24,000 nucleotides of DNA from positions 1 through 24,000 of the forward strand of contig RDOB01000008.1 of the NCBI GenBank assembly GCA_011364965.1. The letters are read 5' to 3'. Position 1 is the first letter of the stretch; each line of letters starts with the position of its first letter. The stretch is from Candidatus Heimdallarchaeota archaeon (GTDB taxonomy: Archaea > Asgardarchaeota > Heimdallarchaeia > Hodarchaeales > Hodarchaeaceae). The position numbers were made by a program, and so were the translations under genes. This document shows positions 7,570 to 14,284 of the stretch, one piece after another. Under the pieces are notes generated by a model. It had not been told where the DNA came from. It was given only the letters and a program-made list of their open reading frames with translations, and did no database searches.

Positions 7570-8619
7570 ATGGGAACTAAAATCGCTTCTCTAATCATTA
7601 AATCACGTCATGAGATCAGTATCACTGATTTGAGTGAAAAAATCATTGCTTTTGATGCATACAATATTATTTATGCCTTTTTATCAAGTATTAGGAATAA
7701 AGAGAGTGGAGGTGGTTATTTTACTGATGCAGACGGCAACGTTACAAGTCATCTTAATGGTTTATTCTATCGGATGAATAATCTTCTAATTCATGGAATA
7801 AAACCAGTTTTCATTTTCGATGGAGAACCACCATCCTTTAAAGCAGCGGAGATTCAAAGCAGAAGAGATAAAAAGGCAGAAGCTGCAAAAAAACGAGAAG
7901 AAGCCCTTGAAGAAGGGGATTTTGAAGCCGCGATGAAATATGCACAAGCAACTTCACGAATTACTCCCCAAATTGTTCAGGACGCAAAAATACTTCTTAA
8001 TCTATATGGAATCCCAATTATTGATGCTCCGTCAGAAGCAGAAGCTCAAGGATCACACCTCTTACAACAAGGTAAAATATACGCTCTTAATTCTCAGGAT
8101 TATGATTCATTCTTATTTGGAGGAACCCGTATTGTTCGTAATCTTGCTATCAGCCAACGAAGAAAAGTACCTGGCCAAAGTCGGTGGATTGAGGTTTCTC
8201 CTGAATTAATTATCCTAAATGAAATGCTTTGGGAACTGGGGTTAAAGAATCGAGATCAGTTGATCTTACTTGGTTTATTAATAGGCACAGATTACAATCC
8301 AGATGGAATCAAAGGAGTAGGACCTAAAACAGCTTTAAAACTAGTATTGAAATATAAAAATCCAGAAAAGCTATTTGAATATCTAGATGTCAAATTTGGA
8401 TTGGATACTATATTTCCATTCTCCCCTTTCAGTTTATTGGATTATTTTCGGAACCCAAATGTGGAATCAGAACTCTTATTTCAACATCGATCTCCTCAAT
8501 TTCAAAAAATCCAGCAATTTCTTGTAGAAGAACGGGGTTTCAATCGGGACAGAGTAGAGAAGCAATTATTACTTTTCAAAAAGAAATCTGAGCAGAAAAC
8601 CTTAGATAGATTTTTTTAA
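7570..8619 (+). CDS. fen: flap endonuclease 1
   Basis: N-terminal MGTKIASLI, the FIFDGEPPSFK and APSEAEAQ nuclease blocks, and H3TH IKGVGPKTALKLV. The C-terminal PCNA-interaction box QKTLDRFF matches QxxLxxFF. Confidence 0.95.
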   Translation: MGTKIASLIIKSRHEISITDLSEKIIAFDAYNIIYAFLSSIRNKESGGGYFTDADGNVTSHLNGLFYRMNNLLIHGIKPVFIFDGEPPSFKAAEIQSRRDKKAEAAKKREEALEEGDFEAAMKYAQATSRITPQIVQDAKILLNLYGIPIIDAPSEAEAQGSHLLQQGKIYALNSQDYDSFLFGGTRIVRNLAISQRRKVPGQSRWIEVSPELIILNEMLWELGLKNRDQLILLGLLIGTDYNPDGIKGVGPKTALKLVLKYKNPEKLFEYLDVKFGLDTIFPFSPFSLLDYFRNPNVESELLFQHRSPQFQKIQQFLVEERGFNRDRVEKQLLLFKKKSEQKTLDRFF

Positions 8620-8621
8620 CC

Positions 8622-9293
8622 TTAAATCCCGTGTTTACCTCTTAAAGGAACGAACGCTACAGAAGAAAGATACTCTTCCTCAATATCAGTCTCAGTAATC
8701 TTTCTAAAACGGGTCATTCTCTGAAAGATATAAGGACGACCGAGGGGTATAACTAAAGTGCCATTTAGGGCTAATTGTTCGAGTAATGGAGGAGGAACTT
8801 TTGGGCCTGCAGCTGTAATTATAATTCTATCGTAAGGTGCTTCTTTCTCCCAACCGAGTGTTCCATCTCCCTCAATAACTGTCACACAATTCTGGTACCC
8901 TGCTTTCTCAAGATTTTTCCTAGCAAATGGGACGAGATCTGGAACTATTTCGATACTATAAACTGATCCCTTTTTTGAAGTATCAGAACAAACTATAGCA
9001 GCAATTAGTGCAGCTTGATATCCTGATCCTGCTCCGATTTCTAAGATTTTCATACCTGGCTTCAAATCGAGATATTCAAGGATCATTACAGTCATATGAG
9101 GAGCAGATATTGTTTGACCAGTATTCATCAATGGTAGGGGATGATCAGAGTAAGCAGATGAAACCATGTTTTCAGGGAGGAAAAGCTCTCGAGGTACTTG
9201 TCGAAAGGCATTGATCGCCAGTTCATCCTTTACATAGCCATTTCGTATGTAGTGGCGAATTAGACTTTCTTTCTGCTCGCTAAAGTCATTCAT
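8622..9293 (-). CDS. pcm: protein-L-isoaspartate O-methyltransferase
   Basis: GQTISAPHMTVMILEYL and SAM motif ILEIGAGSGYQAALIA. Length is typical for the family. Confidence 0.9.
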   Translation of the reverse strand: MNDFSEQKESLIRHYIRNGYVKDELAINAFRQVPRELFLPENMVSSAYSDHPLPLMNTGQTISAPHMTVMILEYLDLKPGMKILEIGAGSGYQAALIAAIVCSDTSKKGSVYSIEIVPDLVPFARKNLEKAGYQNCVTVIEGDGTLGWEKEAPYDRIIITAAGPKVPPPLLEQLALNGTLVIPLGRPYIFQRMTRFRKITETDIEEEYLSSVAFVPLRGKHGI

Positions 9294-9312
9294 TTCAAAC
9301 CCACCTAAGCTT

Positions 9313-10167
9313 CTAATCGATTCTTAAATCAACATTCATTTGCACGCGCGAGGGAGATACGTCTCTCCCAATTTTTACCTGTAATTCCTTATAAGATTTG
9401 AGATAAGATAATTGATCTTTCAGTAATTCCTGTATAGCTGAAATTGGATCCTTTGTTTTTTCAACAAACTGATACATATTTATTACTCCACCTTTTTTCA
9501 AAAGCTGCACGGCATATTTTAAATAAATGATTGACTTGTTGGGAATATTAAGGATGATTCGATCAAATTTTTTCTGTTTTCGAAATATCTGTGTCGAGTC
9601 AGCTACGATTGGACAGATTTCTCCTCTCAATCGATTGGACTTCATACTTTTAGCTAAAGCTTCAATTGCAATCTGATTGATATCTACTGCTACTACCTTG
9701 CATTTCTGTTCTTTGGTACAATGGAGTGCAAAAGGACCAACACCTGCAAATAAATCAAGGATGACTTCATTTGGACTAATTAAAGTGGCCAATCGATGAT
9801 GTTCTTCAGCAAGACGAGGATTAAAATAAGCATTCTCGATGTCTACATAAATTTTTACACTGTATTCTTGGTGCCATGTTCTGGGGATTCTAGCTCCTGC
9901 TAGATGCTCAATAGGATATATTCTTTCAATACCATTTACAATATCTATTTTATTGTACACAGATTTCATTTTTGGAGATTGATCTAGAATTAACCGCCCA
10001 ATTTTCTTCCTAAGCGAGAGATTGGTATCATTAGGGTCTAATTTCGTTACAGCAATTTCACCAATCTGTTCAAATTTAATTGAAAGATCTTCATTATCTT
10101 TCAGTACATTGTCAAGCATTAATTGCTCTTTAATACTCTTAGGCCGTTTTTTAAGTGGAAAAATCAT
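9313..10167 (-). CDS. trm5: tRNA (guanine37-N1)-methyltransferase Trm5 (N-terminal domain continues in frame to about 10365 without a canonical start)
   Basis: SAM motif LDLFAGVGPFALHC and the catalytic NIPNKS (NLP-type) motif. The upstream in-frame sequence ..NQGNLVRAVGIPREKAEIARLRLLKENLLL.. resembles the Trm5 D1 domain (see finding). Confidence 0.85.
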   Translation of the reverse strand: MIFPLKKRPKSIKEQLMLDNVLKDNEDLSIKFEQIGEIAVTKLDPNDTNLSLRKKIGRLILDQSPKMKSVYNKIDIVNGIERIYPIEHLAGARIPRTWHQEYSVKIYVDIENAYFNPRLAEEHHRLATLISPNEVILDLFAGVGPFALHCTKEQKCKVVAVDINQIAIEALAKSMKSNRLRGEICPIVADSTQIFRKQKKFDRIILNIPNKSIIYLKYAVQLLKKGGVINMYQFVEKTKDPISAIQELLKDQLSYLKSYKELQVKIGRDVSPSRVQMNVDLRID

Positions 10168-10505
10168 AGTTTTAAGAATAAAAGGAATTTCGTGTAGTAT
10201 TTGGGGGATGGAAGTTGCATCGGATATGGCAAAAAAGACTAAATCGTCTAAATGTATCGGTTTATGGTCTTGTAATAATAAGTTTTCTTTTAGAAGTCTT
10301 AAACGAGCTATCTCAGCCTTCTCTCTTGGAATACCAACAGCACGAACTAGATTACCTTGGTTTATTCTGAAAACACTCCTTTCTCAAGAGATGCAATGAT
10401 AAAAATTCTTCTGTCTTTTCCAATATTATTTTTCTTGGATGCGATATCAATAGAATCCTTCTTTTCAAAAGAAATCTGAACAAGATGGATTTATATATGG
10501 GAAAA

Positions 10506-10610
10506 CGGGCGCAGAGGGACTTGAACCCCCGACCAACGGGTTAAGAGCCCGCCGCTCTCGATTCTTGGTCATCAAAACGACCAAAAACTACCTTGCTGAG
10601 CTATGCGCCC
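10506..10610 (-). tRNA. tRNA-Lys (anticodon CUU) interrupted by a D-arm intron of about 31 nt
   Basis: Reverse complement: acceptor GGGCGCA/TGCGCCC, D stem GCTC ... GAGC split by an insert, anticodon arm GCGGG-CTCTTAA-CCCGT, T arm GGGGG-TTCAAGT-CCCTC, discriminator G. Removing the insert gives a 74-nt cloverleaf. Confidence 0.8.
10558..10588 (-). other. non-canonical tRNA intron (D-loop/D-stem junction, boundaries +/-2 nt)
   Basis: The insert GTTTTTGGTCGTTTTGATGACCAAGAATCGA lies between D-loop ...GGTA and D-stem GAGC. It contains the hairpin TTGGTC-GTTTTGAT-GACCAA. Confidence 0.6.
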
Positions 10611-10882
10611 AAAAAAAGAACAATCATTCTCACTGACGAACATTCTCAATTACTTGTTATATATCAGGTAGTTTAGTTTCAATCTTAAAAGATCTCACTA
10701 CCTATCCAAGGATTTGGTAGAAACCAAAATGCAGATAAAAATATTGATTAGAATGTTGAGTTGAATAATCTAATTGTCCCAAAAGATAAATACTAATATT
10801 TGGGTAAAGTTAATATTTTATAATTATAGCTTGTTAAATCCATACTATACTTTCTTGGAAGATCTGAACTGGTTGAATATCA

Positions 10883-11593
10883 TTGAAAAGTATTAAAGGG
10901 GAAGAATTTAGTCTTATATCTAGTTATATTAACCTATTAATTCATATTGGAAAATTAGGAGGAGTAAGAAAACCTGTTTTCTTGACCACAGCAGAACTTG
11001 GAACCGCAGTAGGAATTTCTCAACAGTCAGCCTCAAGAAAGCTCTCCCAAATGGAAGAGATAAACTTAATTGTCCGCAATTATAGTTTTAGGGGCAATTC
11101 CATTAAAATAACCTCAGAGGGGCTTTCTCTTCTAGAATATGTATTCACAGATTTGTGGAGTATTCTAACAGTTGAGGGTAGAGTACCAATTGATAAAATT
11201 GCAATTACTGGTATAGTTTGTACAGGTATGGGAGAGGGAGCATATTATATGAATAAGTTGGGATATAAAAACCAATTTCCCTCAATAATTGGATTTACTC
11301 CCTTTCCTGGAACATTAAATTTGCAACTGATTGAGGAAGCAAGTATTCGTAATTTCGAATTAATATTGCGTAAACCAGCAGAGTTTATCAAGGAATTCGT
11401 AGAAGATGGTCGAATGTTTGGTAAAGTGTTCGTTTGGCCCGTTGAGCTATTAATAGGAAATAGAAAATTACCAGCAGCCTTAATTCGCCCGGATAGGACA
11501 CATCATAATAATCAAATTGAATTGATTGTAGAAATGAACGTTAAAGAGCAATTTGGAGTAAAAGATGGTGATAAGCTTGAAATCGTCTGCTGA
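10883..11593 (+). CDS. ribK: CTP-dependent riboflavin kinase fused to an N-terminal winged-helix DNA-binding domain (RbkR-type)
   Basis: The C-terminal half carries archaeal riboflavin kinase motifs: PFPGTLNLQL and RPDRTHHNNQIELI. The N-terminal ~90 aa look like a wHTH (TTAELGTAVGISQQSASRKLSQMEEINLIVR...IKITSEGLSLLE). TTG start. Confidence 0.85.
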   Translation: MKSIKGEEFSLISSYINLLIHIGKLGGVRKPVFLTTAELGTAVGISQQSASRKLSQMEEINLIVRNYSFRGNSIKITSEGLSLLEYVFTDLWSILTVEGRVPIDKIAITGIVCTGMGEGAYYMNKLGYKNQFPSIIGFTPFPGTLNLQLIEEASIRNFELILRKPAEFIKEFVEDGRMFGKVFVWPVELLIGNRKLPAALIRPDRTHHNNQIELIVEMNVKEQFGVKDGDKLEIVC

Positions 11594-11607
11594 ATATGGA
11601 TTAATAT

Positions 11608-12318
11608 TCAATAATCAAAGGAATACTCATCAAGATTTTTCATTTTCTGTGATGATTTTTCATCTGGGATGGTAGCTTTCAACCTAATAATTTCAATGTG
11701 ATCTTTCTCAATTTTTGTTAACATCTCAGCTAGTTTTGCTTCTGTTAAAAACTGATCATATCCGAGAGTAATAGTATCTGGTTGGTATTCTTCAATTATC
11801 TCAAGGAATTTTGATGGATCAGGAGAACCTTTTAGTACCACATCAACAACATCCAGATGGGAAAGTAAGACCATCCTGCTTTCTTGAGAATTTATTGGTA
11901 ATCGTCCTTTACTTCTTTTTACAGTCTCATCAGAGGCAACTACAACTAATAATATGTCTCCATGATCTCTTGCTTCTTCTAATGTCTTAATATGACCTAA
12001 ATGAACGATATCAAAAACTCCTCCAGTTAAGATGACTTTTAAATTATTTACTCCTCCTGTGGTTATTCGGAAATTTCCTATAGGATCATTAACCGATTGA
12101 ATCATTCCCATCCCTCTAAGTACTGATATAAGAGCCTTAGTTTCCTCTTGGGTACGTTTCAAGTCTTTTCTAAACTCATCTGGGGAAAATGAGCCATATT
12201 TTAAAGTTAATTTATAAGTAACTTTAAGAAATTCTTTCAATAACCGTTGAAATAATTCACTATTTTCTATTTTATCATTCATCTTTAAAAAACCTTTTAA
12301 GTACCAATCACATACCAT
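11608..12318 (-). CDS. ribL: cytidylyltransferase-family protein, RibL-like FAD synthase, with N-terminal wHTH-like extension
   Basis: Nucleotidyltransferase motif GGVFDIVHLGH, then LLVVVASDETVKRSKGRLPINSQESR and ITLGYDQ as in archaeal RibL. It is convergent with ribK. The N-terminal ~95 aa end in a wing-like ISVLRGMGMIQSVNDPIGNFRITTGGVNNL. The start may instead be ATG 12282 (MNDK...). Confidence 0.65.
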   Translation of the reverse strand: MVCDWYLKGFLKMNDKIENSELFQRLLKEFLKVTYKLTLKYGSFSPDEFRKDLKRTQEETKALISVLRGMGMIQSVNDPIGNFRITTGGVNNLKVILTGGVFDIVHLGHIKTLEEARDHGDILLVVVASDETVKRSKGRLPINSQESRMVLLSHLDVVDVVLKGSPDPSKFLEIIEEYQPDTITLGYDQFLTEAKLAEMLTKIEKDHIEIIRLKATIPDEKSSQKMKNLDEYSFDY

Positions 12319-12415
12319 AAAAAATATTTTCTTTGATATTTATTAATTAAGACATTTTTTTAGCTAATTATCATTTCCTCTAACTTATTTCGGATGAAGT
12401 ATTATTCGGGAAATT

Positions 12416-13207
12416 TTAACCTATCTCTGACCATAATAATGAAATTATTTCCTCTTCTGCAAAGTGAAGACTATCTGAACAGACAATCAGTGCTTGAGGA
12501 GGACCATTATCTATCCATGTATGACTAATTATAGTTTTAGGATTTCCTGCTAAGATAAATTGATCCTCATATCCAATTCGGGCTAATCCAATTATTATAC
12601 TCTTTTCTGTAATGATAGATTCCTGTTTTTCCTTCTCTAGCTCTTCTAGAAGAGCAATTGCCTCATTTACAGTAAGAAATTTACCACTAACCAAATCAAT
12701 ATCTAATAAAACAAGAGTATGTGCTCCGATCATTTTATTTTTTTTGATGATTTGATAAGGAAATTCACTCATATTGTCAGGAAAGGGGCATGTAGCTGTT
12801 CGACCGAATTTATAAGAAGAAAGGCCTGAAGCAGAGGCAGCAGCGGACATGATGGAAGTATTATGTATTAATGTACATTTTATTCCTCGTTTTAAGGCAG
12901 ATAAACGTAAAGAGTTATGAGTTGTAGCAATAAAGGGATCTCCTGGTACAAGAAGGAGAGATATCTTACCTATAATGGAATCTAAGAAATTTTCCGCGTT
13001 TTCTTCTAGGGTCTCTCTTTGGATATATTTGAATTTTGTTTTAAAGGGTTTAATTACGTCGGGAATATCTGCAGTAGTGAAATTGGTATACGATTCAATG
13101 AAGATAGTGTCTACTTCTTTCATGATGGAAAGAAGCTCTATCGAACAGCTTTCTAAACCTTTAAGCCCCATTCCAGCAAAAATAAGACTATTCTTGGATG
13201 AAGACAA
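12416..13207 (-). CDS. dph5: diphthine synthase (diphthamide biosynthesis methyltransferase)
   Basis: Tetrapyrrole-methylase fold motifs in the Dph5 arrangement: LIFAGMGLKG...DTIFIESYTN, VPGDPFIATTH, CTLIHNTSIMSA. Confidence 0.9.
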   Translation of the reverse strand: MSSSKNSLIFAGMGLKGLESCSIELLSIMKEVDTIFIESYTNFTTADIPDVIKPFKTKFKYIQRETLEENAENFLDSIIGKISLLLVPGDPFIATTHNSLRLSALKRGIKCTLIHNTSIMSAAASASGLSSYKFGRTATCPFPDNMSEFPYQIIKKNKMIGAHTLVLLDIDLVSGKFLTVNEAIALLEELEKEKQESIITEKSIIIGLARIGYEDQFILAGNPKTIISHTWIDNGPPQALIVCSDSLHFAEEEIISLLWSEIG

Positions 13208-13241
13208 AATTCCTTCATCTCTAAAAGCTTATGAAAAGGGC

Positions 13242-13634
13242 TTAACCCTCTTCTTCCAACAGTTTTTTATAAGCTTGGGCATCTAGTAAATTTTCTAAAT
13301 CCTTTTTCAGATTTAAAGGCTTTATTTTCACAAGCCATGTCCCATAAGGATCTTCATTGACTTTTTCTGGTGATTCCTCCAATTCTGTGTTGATTTCAAC
13401 CACCTCTCCTGCAACAGGACAAATTAAATCCGAAACAGCTTTCACACTTTCAATAGACCCGAATATCTCTTTAAAATCGAAAGTGTCGCCCACCTCGGGT
13501 AGTTCAATATAAACTACGTCTTTCAGTGTTTTTTGGGCGTAATCAGTCACTCCAACAAGAACAAAATTGTCTTCAACCTTTGCCCAATCATGTTCTGCTA
13601 GATATTTATAATTTGGCTCTACTCTATATGACAT
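13242..13634 (-). CDS. gcvH: glycine cleavage system H protein
   Basis: Lipoyl-lysine block GSIESVKAVSDLICPVAGEV. The 130-aa length and N-terminal YLAEHDWAKVE are typical of GcvH. Confidence 0.95.
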   Translation of the reverse strand: MSYRVEPNYKYLAEHDWAKVEDNFVLVGVTDYAQKTLKDVVYIELPEVGDTFDFKEIFGSIESVKAVSDLICPVAGEVVEINTELEESPEKVNEDPYGTWLVKIKPLNLKKDLENLLDAQAYKKLLEEEG

Positions 13635-13693
13635 TTGAACTTCTTCCTTAATAAATCAGTCAATGTTTATAGCAGTCTAATATTATTATTAAA

Positions 13694-13727
13694 TAGACAT
13701 TTATTTTACCTTTATTAGACATTTATT
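13694..13727. repeat. 12-bp direct repeat TAGACATTTATT x2 (22-bp period) upstream of gcvH
   Basis: Exact copies at 13694-13705 and 13716-13727. On the gene strand they read AATAAATGTCTA and lie 60-93 nt upstream of the gcvH ATG. Confidence 0.85.
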
Positions 13728-13762
13728 GAGTAAATTCTCTTATCTAATAATTTTTTCCTGCT

Positions 13763-14242
13763 TTAAACCTCGCACCTCCAAATTGCATCTCCAAGGTAAT
13801 GTACATTTAATAATGCTTTTCCTTTCGCTTCAAGTATTTCTTCAGAAGTTAGAAGACTTTTACCTATTGCAATAATTGCATTTTGTGGATTCCTAACAAT
13901 AACATATGAGTCTTTGTCAAATTGTTTATTAATTGAGGTTATTCCCTGCGAAAAAATATCTGCGCCATTTAAAACATGTCTTACTGCCCCTTGATCTACA
14001 CTAACGGAGGGAAACTCGGTTTCTTGATGATCACGTAAAAATTGAATAGAAGGTAGAAAATATCTATCGCTTTTGAAGAATAAGACTTCTTTACTGCGAT
14101 TTAAGAGGAATATTTTTCCATCATTTTCATTTTCTTGAATAAAATGCACCAGTTTTTGAATTCTTAAATCTGTGACACCTGGAGCCAGGATAAGGGGACT
14201 AATTTTTCTTCTGAGCTTTGAACCAATCTCCTTCTTGGACAT
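13763..14242 (-). CDS. PUA-domain RNA-binding protein (pre-PUA + PUA, Tma20/MCT-1-like architecture)
   Basis: C-terminal PUA pattern: VSVDQGAVRHVLNGADIFSQGI...DSYVIVRNPQNAIIAIGKSLLTSEEI...GKALLNVHYLGDAIW. Confidence 0.7.
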   Translation of the reverse strand: MSKKEIGSKLRRKISPLILAPGVTDLRIQKLVHFIQENENDGKIFLLNRSKEVLFFKSDRYFLPSIQFLRDHQETEFPSVSVDQGAVRHVLNGADIFSQGITSINKQFDKDSYVIVRNPQNAIIAIGKSLLTSEEILEAKGKALLNVHYLGDAIWRCEV

Positions 14243-14284
14243 AGTTATTCAACCTGGATGGAGGAATAGCAATATACTCATAGG

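Noticed and set aside
7940-8209. 89-aa plus-strand ORF inside fen
   Set aside because: It is an alternative frame of a strongly supported FEN1 gene and has no independent signals.
9008-9214. 68-aa plus-strand ORF
   Set aside because: It is antisense to pcm and therefore a shadow ORF.
10022-10399. 125-aa plus-strand ORF spanning the trm5 5' region
   Set aside because: It is antisense to trm5 and to the in-frame Trm5 N-terminal extension. The opposite strand encodes recognisable Trm5 D1-like sequence, so this ORF is spurious.
10565-10575. TGATGA (C-box-like) sequence inside the tRNA-Lys intron, as a possible intron-encoded C/D box sRNA
   Set aside because: The intron is only ~31 nt and has no D box (CTGA) or guide region. 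The hexamer forms part of the intron hairpin loop and stem, so the resemblance is most likely coincidental.
12975-13286. 103-aa plus-strand ORF
   Set aside because: It is antisense to dph5 and to the gcvH 3' end and has no motifs.
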